Of a stretch of 64,000 bases of DNA, positions 17,427 through 26,291 are shown in pieces. The position numbers were made by a program, and so were the translations under genes. The notes beneath the pieces are model-generated. The model ran no database searches, was not told the DNA's origin, and was given only the letters and a program-made list of their open reading frames with translations. Positions within the stretch are counted from its first letter, which is position 1. Every line of letters begins with the position of its first letter. The stretch covers positions 3,322 to 67,321 of the IMG/VR virus record IMGVR_UViG_3300042301_002383; one strand, 5' to 3'. The DNA is from a virus. Lineage: Duplodnaviria > Heunggongvirae > Uroviricota > Caudoviricetes.

Positions 17427-17915
17427 TTATTTAACAACACTTAAAAACACCGTATAAACTAACCTTCCATTGTTTATATTGTCCCCGAATGATTCCTTTA
17501 TTCTGTGCAACGTGGTTGATGGGTATATGGTTAATCTATTATATACATTCTCCACGTAGTCGATTTCCTCATTCTTATCATTATAGAAGATGGTCCCCGA
17601 GTTTGGTGGTGGGTTTGGTGTTAGGTATAGTACACCCGCGTAATCGAATATACCATCCGTATGTACAGTATTCGACATATCTTCATTCAAAGTATAATGA
17701 AAGAAACATCTTAAATTTGAACCAACGAACTTCGGGTCCAATTCATTAAGTTTGTTTTGTATCAATTCATTTAACTCTAAGTCAACCATATTGGTATATA
17801 AACATCTAAATCCTTTCCAACCAGGTGAGTTGGGTTGTGCTTTGGTGTAGTCCAATTCTAAACCTTCTTCCCTGATTCTATCAGGGTCTTCCAAAAAATT
17901 GTCAATTATTATCAT
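17427..17915 (-). CDS. hypothetical protein, possible small 2OG-Fe(II)/PhyH-like oxygenase
   Basis: 162 aa; N-terminus MIIIDNFLEDPDRIREEG and H-x-D (VHTDG) plus downstream His (TLHRIKE); fold assignment from memory, weak. Confidence 0.5.
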   Translation of the reverse strand: MIIIDNFLEDPDRIREEGLELDYTKAQPNSPGWKGFRCLYTNMVDLELNELIQNKLNELDPKFVGSNLRCFFHYTLNEDMSNTVHTDGIFDYAGVLYLTPNPPPNSGTIFYNDKNEEIDYVENVYNRLTIYPSTTLHRIKESFGDNINNGRLVYTVFLSVVK

Positions 17916-17928
17916 ATATTTTATTTAT

Positions 17929-17995
17929 AACTTCCGACTTTGTCACGTTTTTACTTCCGAGTTTGGACGTGTTTTACTTCCGACTTTGGCATTTA
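17929..17995. repeat. three tandem 23-bp direct repeats (ACTTCCGAsTTTGkmAyGT) in the 77-bp gap upstream of 17427..17915
   Basis: seen directly: ACTTCCGACTTTGTCACGTTTT / ACTTCCGAGTTTGGACGTGTTTT / ACTTCCGACTTTGGCATTT. Confidence 0.6.
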
Positions 17996-18214
17996 AATCC
18001 TTCTTCTTTCTATTTCGTTGTGGAATATATTAACCCATTCATCATGAGTTCTTCCCTCATATGGATTTGGAATCCTCATATTACCATCCCCATCCATACA
18101 CCTAATGATACTCACAATATGGTCGATGGATATGGTATGAATTGGATGTGTTAACCCATTGGCCGTTCTCCATCGAATTGTTTGTTCGGATTGAAAAAAT
18201 TTAAATGGTATCAT
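17993..18214 (-). CDS. FKFF-N-terminal family protein 1
   Basis: 73 aa, starts MIPFKFFQSEQ. Confidence 0.5.
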   Translation of the reverse strand: MIPFKFFQSEQTIRWRTANGLTHPIHTISIDHIVSIIRCMDGDGNMRIPNPYEGRTHDEWVNIFHNEIERRRI

Positions 18215-18650
18215 TTCTAAATGTTAAAGTTATGTCAGCGTTGGTGTGGAATAGTTCACCTACCATATCTTCTTCCCATTTACATTGTTCATAAATAATA
18301 TGATTAATTTCCGCTTCAACATCAATACTCATCCAAGCACCCGCTGCAAGTTCTTGTATATATCTTCTTATTGTTACACTATTTGTATGAACCGCGACCT
18401 CATCAATCTTCCTTCTAATATCATAATCACTATAAGAATTATATTTGTCCCTGTATAATTTGGTCATAACAATAATCAATATATTTTTAACCCTATCATT
18501 TTCCATTAGATTATTATCTACAATATATTTCCACGTGATGTCCAATACACCAATCAATAATGGAACATTTGTTGCATCATCTAATAAACCGGTTAGTTGC
18601 CAATTTATTCTTGTTTCGTTAGCTCTAAAAAATTTGAAATCTTTTATCAT
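18201..18650 (-). CDS. FKFF-N-terminal family protein 2
   Basis: 149 aa, starts MIKDFKFFRANE. Confidence 0.55.
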   Translation of the reverse strand: MIKDFKFFRANETRINWQLTGLLDDATNVPLLIGVLDITWKYIVDNNLMENDRVKNILIIVMTKLYRDKYNSYSDYDIRRKIDEVAVHTNSVTIRRYIQELAAGAWMSIDVEAEINHIIYEQCKWEEDMVGELFHTNADITLTFRNDTI

Positions 18651-18826
18651 ATTTTTATTTTAAAGAAATTAACTATTCTATCTGTGAAAGGTACTTTATT
18701 CTTCTTTAACATCTCTTGATATTCCACCACTTCAATCGCCTCACTCATTAAGATTGGGGTTCCTCTTCTTACCTTATCAGACAATTCTTCAAGACGTTTG
18801 TCTGTGAGTGTTTTTCTAAATTTCAT
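18647..18826 (-). CDS. possible 59-aa protein (MKFRKTLTDKRLEELSDK...NFFKIKI)
   Basis: hand-translated ORF filling the 186-bp gap; its stop overlaps the next start as ATGA; coordinates approximate. Confidence 0.35.
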   Translation of the reverse strand: MKFRKTLTDKRLEELSDKVRRGTPILMSEAIEVVEYQEMLKKNKVPFTDRIVNFFKIKI

Positions 18827-18836
18827 ATTATTTGTT

Positions 18837-19331
18837 TTATATTATATCAGGAAAATTATACATTGGATGTTCGGGATATATTGTATCTCCTTCTATTGTA
18901 TTTCCCTCTTCAATATGTCTGAACAACATAACTTTATATGGTTCACCGTCAAGCATACCTAATCTTTCTTCCGTTACATCAAAGAATATTAATTCATCTG
19001 TGTTATAGAACTCAGGATATGTTTCATCTATTGGTGGGTCGGGATTAACATTACCATAATTCATTTCTATTCTACCACGCCATCTTAAAAACCCTCTATT
19101 CCACAAACTACGTCTTATTCTATCGTGATATGGATTTGCTTCAACATTACTACGAGCATTTTCCCACCCTTGAATATAACATTCCATTTCTTGTAATGTT
19201 GAACCTCTTAAATCTTGTGGTAACAAATTCCAATGGCGATGTGATAAATTGAATGGTGGATTTTGTTGTGTTGGTAATGTATACTCATCACTATATGTGT
19301 ATCCGTTGAGTAGTTTAAATGGTTTTATCAT
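18837..19331 (-). CDS. FKFF-like (variant FKLL) family protein
   Basis: 164 aa, starts MIKPFKLLNGYTY. Confidence 0.5.
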   Translation of the reverse strand: MIKPFKLLNGYTYSDEYTLPTQQNPPFNLSHRHWNLLPQDLRGSTLQEMECYIQGWENARSNVEANPYHDRIRRSLWNRGFLRWRGRIEMNYGNVNPDPPIDETYPEFYNTDELIFFDVTEERLGMLDGEPYKVMLFRHIEEGNTIEGDTIYPEHPMYNFPDII

Positions 19332-19332
19332 A

Positions 19333-19596
19333 CTATTCTGGTTTACCGTCTTCTTCCCATTCTTTAATATCTTTCAAAATCTTATCTGTTAATTCCTTTG
19401 TTTTGTCATCAAGTATTCTCATTAATTCGATATCTCTAGGGTTTGATTCATTCCATGCCGACTCTTCTCTTGCACCTGAATCGTGAATCATATTATTTAA
19501 CACAAACCAACATGACATCTTAATTCTTGTTTCTAATGAAGTTTCTTTTAACAATTCATTTATTGTATTAGATAAAATCTTTCTTGCTTTTGTCAT
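19333..19596 (-). CDS. hypothetical protein
   Basis: 87-aa ORF. Confidence 0.5.
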   Translation of the reverse strand: MTKARKILSNTINELLKETSLETRIKMSCWFVLNNMIHDSGAREESAWNESNPRDIELMRILDDKTKELTDKILKDIKEWEEDGKPE

Positions 19597-19597
19597 A

Positions 19598-19822
19598 TTA
19601 TATTCGATTTAATTGTCTACCTGCGGCAGATGGTGTGTTTAAATAATCTTTATAACTCATTGCAATAGTGAATTCTGTTTCTTGCACCCAATATTCAAAA
19701 TGGTTTGGAAGCATTCTTGTTACACTACAATAGTATCCACGCAAAATAAACGAAGAACCTATTTGTAATCGACATCTATCTTTATATTTGTTCCGTTGAA
19801 AGAACTTGAACTTACTTACCAT
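19598..19822 (-). CDS. FKFF-N-terminal family protein 3
   Basis: 74 aa, starts MVSKFKFFQRNK; motif encoded TTC AAG TTC TTT, unlike TTT AAA TTT TTT in others, so conservation is at protein level. Confidence 0.5.
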   Translation of the reverse strand: MVSKFKFFQRNKYKDRCRLQIGSSFILRGYYCSVTRMLPNHFEYWVQETEFTIAMSYKDYLNTPSAAGRQLNRI

Positions 19823-20298
19823 ACATTTAATACTTTTGCAATCATTAAACCAAAAATAAATGTTACGGTGACAGCAATAAAAAATATACCTATCGCTTCG
19901 CTATGTGTTTCGATAACTGCATTAATCTTTATCTTTTGAAGGAACATCTTAATCTTCATCCACCACTTTGGATTAACGGTTGTTACTCTTGTTGCTTGAT
20001 ACAATTTAATTTGATTATCAGTTCCTCCACCGTTTATTCTTCTTGTAACTTCCTCTTGATTTAATGTTGGTCTAAATGTTTCAAAACGTCCTAACTGTCT
20101 ATCATAATAGTACCTTTCCATCTCATTATTATTAAATGGATTACGAAGTCTATTATATAATTCACTTTGTGCAGTGTGATATAAACGTCTTCTGGTATAA
20201 TAACCTTCAGGTGTGTCGGCATTGAATGAAGCAGTTGCTCGCACATCACCATCCATTATATCTAATGTCCCCTTTTGAAAAAATTTGAAGTCCTGCAT
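19816..20298 (-). CDS. FKFF-N-terminal family protein 4 (C-terminal TM helix)
   Basis: 160 aa, starts MQDFKFFQKG; EEVTRRINGGG matches EELTRRINGG in 59281(+); C-terminal hydrophobic helix. Confidence 0.55.
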   Translation of the reverse strand: MQDFKFFQKGTLDIMDGDVRATASFNADTPEGYYTRRRLYHTAQSELYNRLRNPFNNNEMERYYYDRQLGRFETFRPTLNQEEVTRRINGGGTDNQIKLYQATRVTTVNPKWWMKIKMFLQKIKINAVIETHSEAIGIFFIAVTVTFIFGLMIAKVLNVW

Positions 20299-20690
20299 TA
20301 CTTAATATTTGAAGTATAGAATGTATTTGTAGATATTGTTCCTGTTGTTGTAAACGCTCCACCAATACCTCCCGTAGTTGTTACCGTTCCGGTTGTATTT
20401 GATGTTGTTAAACTAAACCCTGTTGTTGCGGTATTGATTGTTCCACTAAATGGAATTGTGTAAGTACCAGTACCCGGTGTTGTTGTTATAGTATAATCAG
20501 GTATAGTATAGGTGGATGTTGCGTATTGAACTAACCCTGGATTAACTATCCAAGCTGGGTTGGTGGTTGTTGTGCCCCAATTTATTATTCCAGTTCCTGG
20601 CGTTGGTGGATAAGTTCTAAAAATATCCTCCCATTGTTCTGTTAATGTATTTTGTTTATACCCTCTGAAAAATTTGAATTCGCGTACCAT
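20298..20690 (-). CDS. FKFF-N-terminal family protein 5 (Thr/Gly-rich, fibre-like)
   Basis: 130 aa, starts MVREFKFFRGYK; C-terminal two-thirds low-complexity T/G/P-rich. Confidence 0.55.
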   Translation of the reverse strand: MVREFKFFRGYKQNTLTEQWEDIFRTYPPTPGTGIINWGTTTTNPAWIVNPGLVQYATSTYTIPDYTITTTPGTGTYTIPFSGTINTATTGFSLTTSNTTGTVTTTGGIGGAFTTTGTISTNTFYTSNIK

Positions 20691-20712
20691 AATTTCTTTT
20701 ACTATATATATT

Positions 20713-21159
20713 TTACATTTGGAATACTTCGTATTCTTTCATTCCATTTTCTTTTCTTTTATCTTCAATAACATCTTGGAAGTCTTCTAAGAATTCTTCA
20801 ACGTCATCAATACCATAGATTACAAAGTAACTAGTAAATTGGTCTGAACTTCTAACCATAATACTACCTACACCAAGAATTCTCATCCAAAACGGTCTTT
20901 CCATCATTACGGATTTAATTCTATGGAAATATATTTCTCTTGTTGTTACGGAAAACACACCACGACTTTCTACAATACGGTCGTCATAGATATCGTAGGT
21001 CCAACATGCATAATCTAAAATCTTATAGATTGGTATTAAAACTACAAGTGCAATCCAGTAAAATTCTGTTGACATTGCTGCGGATAGTGCAAATCCACCA
21101 ATGAATACCCAAAGAATGTTTATTAGTTGGGATGGTTTAACTGTGAAATCGGGAGTCAT
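20713..21159 (-). CDS. membrane-anchored bacterial PH-domain (bPH_2/DUF304-like) protein
   Basis: 148 aa; two N-terminal TM helices followed by a YdbT-like PH-domain pattern. Confidence 0.55.
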   Translation of the reverse strand: MTPDFTVKPSQLINILWVFIGGFALSAAMSTEFYWIALVVLIPIYKILDYACWTYDIYDDRIVESRGVFSVTTREIYFHRIKSVMMERPFWMRILGVGSIMVRSSDQFTSYFVIYGIDDVEEFLEDFQDVIEDKRKENGMKEYEVFQM

Positions 21160-21160
21160 G

Positions 21161-21601
21161 TTATTTAATTTTAGTGATTTTTACGTTTTTTATGGTGGTT
21201 TGTTTATCATCCTCACCAATTAAGATATCGATTCTATTTTTATATCTTTTGTTCATTACATCTTTAACGGTATAAACTCCGTTATATTTTCCAGCCATTT
21301 TAATTCTAACCTTGGTACCAAATGGCCACTTTTTCTTTAAATCTCTCGAAACGGCAATGATTCTGTGTCTTTCGGGGTTGTCCTTATCTATTTTGAACCC
21401 TGAGGCTGTCAAATGTGGGGTTGAATCTGTTTCCCCTTCCGTTGGTGAGTAGGTTGTAAGGGTAACTGTCTCATAACTAATTGGTTTTCTTACTTCTATG
21501 TATGAATTCGGTACATTCCCGATGTTGATTGACAGTGGGAATAATGACAATAAAATGGTTATTAGTAATGACAATAATATGGTTAATATTGATGTATTCA
21601 T
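21161..21601 (-). CDS. 3D-domain (MltA-like) cell-wall protein with N-terminal anchor
   Basis: 146 aa; hydrophobic N-terminus, then TTYSPTEGETDSTPHLTASG...RIIAVSRD...NRIDILIG typical of 3D domains. Confidence 0.65.
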   Translation of the reverse strand: MNTSILTILLSLLITILLSLFPLSINIGNVPNSYIEVRKPISYETVTLTTYSPTEGETDSTPHLTASGFKIDKDNPERHRIIAVSRDLKKKWPFGTKVRIKMAGKYNGVYTVKDVMNKRYKNRIDILIGEDDKQTTIKNVKITKIK

Positions 21602-21603
21602 AT

Positions 21604-21640
21604 CACAAATATACGAATAGTATTTTGAATATCCAAAAAT
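21604..21640 (-). promoter_or_regulatory. minus-strand promoter (TTTTTGGATATTC ... cgTATATTTG)
   Basis: minus reads TTTTTGGATATTCAAAATACTATTCGTATATTTGTGATATG (ATG = 21601). Confidence 0.55.
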
Positions 21641-21673
21641 ATTATTATTATTTTTAGAAAGTATTTATATACT

Positions 21674-22819
21674 ATGAGGATATCGATTACGGAAGCACAA
21701 TATGAGAAACTAATCCAAGCAAATGAGGTTGTTGGGGTTCCAGAAGGAATTTACGATACTGCAAAATCCATATACAGAAAGTATATTGATAGTTTAGTTG
21801 AAGAAGTGGGTCTACAATTCGGTAATATGAAATTGGGTGGATCTACCGATGTTGGTTTTTCAATTATGGGTGATTATCATGTTGGTGATTTATCTTTTAA
21901 TAGTGTTGATTTTATGGTTACATTTGATTTTGACAAATATAGAAATGTTGAAATTGAACAAATGAGTATTGGTGTTGGTGATAAATTAACAAACGATTAC
22001 AAACTAACATACAAAAAAACTGGTGGTCGTCTTGCTATGGGTGCAACATATCAAGTACCTGAAGATACATCTGAAGAAGATTTAATTAATAGTATTTTAA
22101 AATTTCAAACTAAAACAATATCGGCCATTGCTCACGAGTTGAAACATGCATATGATTTTGATAAGAAACCAACAAGGAATGCGGGTGAAAAAGTTAAGTA
22201 TCATTCTATCGAGAGTCTTATGGTTAGTGTTCGTCCGTTGATGAAATTTAAAAGTATGTTATATTATTCACACGTTGTTGAGGAGAGTGTTAGAAACAGT
22301 GAAATATATACACTAATGAGACTAAAAGGAATCACTAAAAAACAATTTAAAAGTTTCTTAACTAAAACAACTACATACGATTTCTTAAAATATATGATGG
22401 ATTATGATTATGAAAAATTCATTAAGGAGATGTACAATAGTATTCAGGGTATCGAATCTTTTTTAAGTTATGTTAAAATTGATTATGATAATATGACTGA
22501 TGAAGAAAAAGTAAACGCCGCACTGAAAAAGTTTTATGAAATAGTTTCAAGAAGACGTAAAGATTTTCTTAACGATGTGATGATGGATTCACAATCAGAT
22601 TTAATGTTGTTGTTAGCATCTGCACTTGGTATTGCTGATAATATTGTCAAGATGGGTGACAATGAGGCGAAAATTAAAGCAATGAAAAAAATCAACAAAC
22701 ACATTAATAGTTATAATGATTATATTGATTTTTATCAAAAAGAATTATCAGATATTAAAATTTCAACAACAAACACACTTAAAAAACTAGGTAAGTTATA
22801 TAGTTTAGCAGAAGACTAA
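21674..22819 (+). CDS. putative HExxH zinc metallopeptidase with I-x-I-T-E-x-Q-Y N-terminus
   Basis: 381 aa on the opposite strand inside the minus block; AHELKHAYD (HExxH); N-terminus MRISITEAQYEKLI. Confidence 0.6.
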   Translation: MRISITEAQYEKLIQANEVVGVPEGIYDTAKSIYRKYIDSLVEEVGLQFGNMKLGGSTDVGFSIMGDYHVGDLSFNSVDFMVTFDFDKYRNVEIEQMSIGVGDKLTNDYKLTYKKTGGRLAMGATYQVPEDTSEEDLINSILKFQTKTISAIAHELKHAYDFDKKPTRNAGEKVKYHSIESLMVSVRPLMKFKSMLYYSHVVEESVRNSEIYTLMRLKGITKKQFKSFLTKTTTYDFLKYMMDYDYEKFIKEMYNSIQGIESFLSYVKIDYDNMTDEEKVNAALKKFYEIVSRRRKDFLNDVMMDSQSDLMLLLASALGIADNIVKMGDNEAKIKAMKKINKHINSYNDYIDFYQKELSDIKISTTNTLKKLGKLYSLAED

Positions 22820-23145
22820 GGCTCAAATCTCAAAAACCTTATTGTTAGTAAATCGGATGTAATGTCGAATCCCCAACCATCTTCATATTGTGTATTGGCA
22901 TCATGAAATCTTCCGTTTGGTCCTGTTATTGATAATACGGGAACAATAAATCTATTGGGGAATCTATATAAGAATTCGTGTATACCGTCACTTTGAGTTT
23001 CAACAATATCGTATGTGTAATTAGTTAATGGTAATAGACTTGTCCATGACCAAGAAGCACTATCATCGTCCAACGCTTCGATTAAATGTTCTTCAACCTC
23101 ATCTTCATCTTCGTTACCAGAAAAAAATTTAAATGATTTTACCAT
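22816..23145 (-). CDS. FKFF-N-terminal family protein 6 (acidic)
   Basis: 109 aa, starts MVKSFKFFSGNEDEDE. Confidence 0.5.
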   Translation of the reverse strand: MVKSFKFFSGNEDEDEVEEHLIEALDDDSASWSWTSLLPLTNYTYDIVETQSDGIHEFLYRFPNRFIVPVLSITGPNGRFHDANTQYEDGWGFDITSDLLTIRFLRFEP

Positions 23146-23151
23146 ATTATT

Positions 23152-23829
23152 TTATAATCTATAAACAATAGTATCTGAAAAATCTTTTTCGTTTTTTGTT
23201 TCAACTTCTTTTTCAAATCTATGTATGTGTTCTTTCATATCGTCATCGATATCAATATCAATAACCTCACCTCCATTATTAACAAACTTATCAATTTCTT
23301 TTACAATAATATTAATTAAGTCTTCGTTATAATCACTGTACCATTCACCCTCAACCCATCTTTCTTCTAATAAACTATGCATGTATCTTTCAAATCTAAA
23401 GCAATCCGATTGTGATATTTTCCAACATCTTTGTGCTACGATTCTGATTGGTGTGTGAGTCTTGGTTCCTTTTCTTCCTGAACTAATTTCTCTTTGTAGT
23501 TGCTTCATTCTATCCTCAACATCAAATGCAATTCCTATTTTTTTATCAGGAAAAACCCATTTAAAATTTTCAGGTCTTTTGTTATCATGTTTATCAACAT
23601 ACGTTGCAACATATAGAAATGTTAGAATATCATTTCTAAAAAATTCACTGTCTCTTGGTGTTGGGATGCATCCCTTTTCAAAATCTCTTTTTTCTGATAC
23701 TCCACTATAGTGGTCTTTTTTGTGTCTGTAAAATTTTTTATTTATTTCTTTTTCTAACTCTTCTAAGTTTTCTTCTTTGATGATAAATTGTTTAGTTAAA
23801 TCTAATTCATTAGTTTCATTTTGATTCAT
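23152..23829 (-). CDS. hypothetical protein
   Basis: 225-aa ORF. Confidence 0.55.
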   Translation of the reverse strand: MNQNETNELDLTKQFIIKEENLEELEKEINKKFYRHKKDHYSGVSEKRDFEKGCIPTPRDSEFFRNDILTFLYVATYVDKHDNKRPENFKWVFPDKKIGIAFDVEDRMKQLQREISSGRKGTKTHTPIRIVAQRCWKISQSDCFRFERYMHSLLEERWVEGEWYSDYNEDLINIIVKEIDKFVNNGGEVIDIDIDDDMKEHIHRFEKEVETKNEKDFSDTIVYRL

Positions 23830-23888
23830 AAAAATATATAATGTTTAATTGTTAAAATATAAACAATAATTTTTAATTATCAAATAGA

Positions 23889-24071
23889 TTAACTACCAAT
23901 TAAATAAATTTCTTTTATAGATTTACCTTTTAACTCTGTACGGTAAAGATAACATTCGGATTCAGATGATCTTAAATTTTTCATCTTTTTCTCCGCTTGT
24001 TCCAAAGTTTCACACTCAATAATTTCTTCACCAACTTCGATGTGGTACTTTATTTTAATTTTGATTTCCAT
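23889..24071 (-). CDS. hypothetical small protein
   Basis: 60-aa ORF. Confidence 0.4.
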   Translation of the reverse strand: MEIKIKIKYHIEVGEEIIECETLEQAEKKMKNLRSSESECYLYRTELKGKSIKEIYLIGS

Positions 24072-24074
24072 TTT

Positions 24075-24299
24075 TTATAATGTTTGTTTTATTAATTTCT
24101 CCCATTTAGAATAGTCTATTTGGATGTCAATTGGTTCCTCATCGTAATTGTCCCAAGATGTTAAATGCCAATGGTTACAATCTGAACAATGGTAGTAGCG
24201 CACCTCTTTTCTCCATCGTTTACTTTGTTTAAAACGAATGTAGTTTAAGACAGTCTTTACTTCCTTTTTTCCAAATTTTACTTTTTGACACTGTTCCAT
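24075..24299 (-). CDS. small Cys/His-containing protein (possible zinc ribbon)
   Basis: 74 aa; YYHCSDCNHWHL. Confidence 0.45.
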   Translation of the reverse strand: MEQCQKVKFGKKEVKTVLNYIRFKQSKRWRKEVRYYHCSDCNHWHLTSWDNYDEEPIDIQIDYSKWEKLIKQTL

Positions 24300-24304
24300 T
24301 TAAA

Positions 24305-24778
24305 TTACTTTGAGATATGCTCTTCGTATTGTTCCCTCAACCATTGGAGGTAAATACATTTTTCATATTGTTCATCCTCAACATAATACTCAAGAAGATA
24401 ATTAACGTTATTGATAAATGTTTCATCAAATTCCAATTGTTCAACATTAACATAGTGTTCGTAGACCTCGTCAATATTCTCATGATAAGTTTTACCTGGT
24501 CTTCTAGGAATTGAAAAGAAACTTTGGATTCCATTTTTTATCATGAATTCAGTAATGTTCATTACCTCCTCAAATAAACCAAACGTTCTTGTTCCACGAG
24601 TACTGTTAATTTCAAACATCTCAGTTTTAAATTTACTTTTCCTCATAAAATTATCTAAATCTTTTTTTCTATCGTCACTCAACCCTTCTTTCATATCTTT
24701 TAACATAGCCCTAAACTTCTTCATGAACTTTTTAGGGTCGTTAAAATCCTCATCACTAAATTCGAAATTTTTGTTCAT
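24305..24778 (-). CDS. hypothetical protein
   Basis: 157-aa ORF; promoter-like TATATTTG about 27 nt upstream on minus strand. Confidence 0.55.
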   Translation of the reverse strand: MNKNFEFSDEDFNDPKKFMKKFRAMLKDMKEGLSDDRKKDLDNFMRKSKFKTEMFEINSTRGTRTFGLFEEVMNITEFMIKNGIQSFFSIPRRPGKTYHENIDEVYEHYVNVEQLEFDETFINNVNYLLEYYVEDEQYEKCIYLQWLREQYEEHISK

Positions 24779-24828
24779 CTTTTATTATTTGTTTACATGC
24801 AAATATACAATTATATTTTGTATATACC

Positions 24829-24859
24829 AAAAAAAAAACCCTGAAATTTATTCAGGGTT
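24829..24859 (-). terminator. rho-independent terminator (palindromic, could act in both directions)
   Basis: AACCCTGAA-ttta-TTCAGGGTT perfect 9-bp stem; minus strand then reads TTTTTTTTTT. Confidence 0.7.
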
Positions 24860-25372
24860 GTTGTCTATTGGTGTGATGTTAATTGTTTCTGGCGGATATT
24901 CTTTTTCAAAATATGACATTCTTTCGGACACTTTCCCATATTCAACAAATGGTTCAATAATGTCATTATACATGTCATGTAGGTTATCTAAATCTGTTTG
25001 TAAATTATCCATATCACTTACTAAGTGGTCAAACTTGTTAAATTCATCACTATAACGTCCATCATTGTTATATTCTTGTTGTTCATATGAATCTCTAATA
25101 TCATAATATTTGTTAAATTTAGTTCTATAAACTTCATGTAGTTTGGAACAATCTTGAACAATTTTAGAGTACTTAACAGGTTCTTCAAGAACATTACCAA
25201 TATTAATTGATTTTAAATAGGTAAGTAATTTACCCATTGCTTTTTTGCCCTCAATAACATCTTTCGTTATAGACTCAAGATGAGATGGTAGTTCACTCAA
25301 AGCGTAAAATACGGTTTGTTCAACCAATTTATTGAACTGTACTTCTGTTAAAATAACCTTTTTCATATCCAT
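24848..25372 (-). CDS. hypothetical protein with V-I-L-T-E-V-Q-F N-terminus
   Basis: 174 aa; MDMKKVILTEVQFNKLVEQ. Confidence 0.55.
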   Translation of the reverse strand: MDMKKVILTEVQFNKLVEQTVFYALSELPSHLESITKDVIEGKKAMGKLLTYLKSINIGNVLEEPVKYSKIVQDCSKLHEVYRTKFNKYYDIRDSYEQQEYNNDGRYSDEFNKFDHLVSDMDNLQTDLDNLHDMYNDIIEPFVEYGKVSERMSYFEKEYPPETINITPIDNNPE

Positions 25373-25377
25373 AAATA

Positions 25378-25599
25378 TTACTCATTAGGTAAATCTTCAA
25401 TAGATTCAATAACCAATCTGTCCGATGGGTATTGTGCAGTCAATTCAAAATGGGTTTCATATGAACCATACTCACCGATTACCTTAACTTTCTTATGAAA
25501 TCTAGTTGCACATACTGAGTCGGGATGTACGGTGTCAGCATCGATTGTTACTTCCCTTAGTTCACTACCAACAATTAAAAAACAATTATATCTTTTCAT
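25378..25599 (-). CDS. hypothetical protein
   Basis: internal ATG (MKRYNCFLIVG...) of track ORF 25378..25707, which otherwise overlaps the next gene. Confidence 0.4.
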   Translation of the reverse strand: MKRYNCFLIVGSELREVTIDADTVHPDSVCATRFHKKVKVIGEYGSYETHFELTAQYPSDRLVIESIEDLPNE

Positions 25600-25600
25600 A

Positions 25601-25774
25601 TTAATCTTTTGAATTTCCGTGAATATAAAACATAGCACCGAACAAAAACGTTGAACAATATCGATAAAAATCAACTGGTTGGTCGAATTTATATTCTTGG
25701 GTAACATATGCCCCTAAAATAAACGCTGATAATATCGAAAGTAACCTTGATAAACCTTTTGGGAAATTTTTCAT
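25601..25774 (-). CDS. small membrane protein
   Basis: internal ATG (MKNFPKGLSRLLSILSAFILGAY...) of track ORF 25601..25804. Confidence 0.35.
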   Translation of the reverse strand: MKNFPKGLSRLLSILSAFILGAYVTQEYKFDQPVDFYRYCSTFLFGAMFYIHGNSKD

Positions 25775-25778
25775 AAGA

Positions 25779-26291
25779 TTAGATTTTAATATAACTAATC
25801 CCACCTTGGGTCCCCTTCAAAGAGTTACTATATCTTTGTTCTGCGTTTTCTCTTTTAACTAACTTACCATTCTTATGATAGATAGCCCACTTCCATTCTT
25901 TGGTTGGTTTATATCCAGGTCCTTTCCAATGTGGATGTGCACCTTTTTCGTACTTCTCTAACTTATCGATTACCGCTTCTAACACATAATCATCCGACAC
26001 CTCCAAGTATCTCATACCAGGATATATCTTATCTCTTTTTGGACAATTATACATTACAGCATAACTACAATCTAAAGATATATCTAAGTCTTCATTACTT
26101 CTTGCACTAATCAATATTGCAAGTTGATCACCGGTTGTGTCGATTACCTTTTTAGTTTCCCTTGGGAGGTACTCAATTAATTTACTAATGTTTCCACGGT
26201 ATTCTCTAACCGCCTCTTGTCTTGTTTCGAATATCTTATCAGGTATTCTACCATCTAAGAGTTCTACTTTGTATTGTTTGTTTACTATCAT
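25779..26291 (-). CDS. hypothetical protein
   Basis: 170-aa ORF. Confidence 0.55.
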   Translation of the reverse strand: MIVNKQYKVELLDGRIPDKIFETRQEAVREYRGNISKLIEYLPRETKKVIDTTGDQLAILISARSNEDLDISLDCSYAVMYNCPKRDKIYPGMRYLEVSDDYVLEAVIDKLEKYEKGAHPHWKGPGYKPTKEWKWAIYHKNGKLVKRENAEQRYSNSLKGTQGGISYIKI

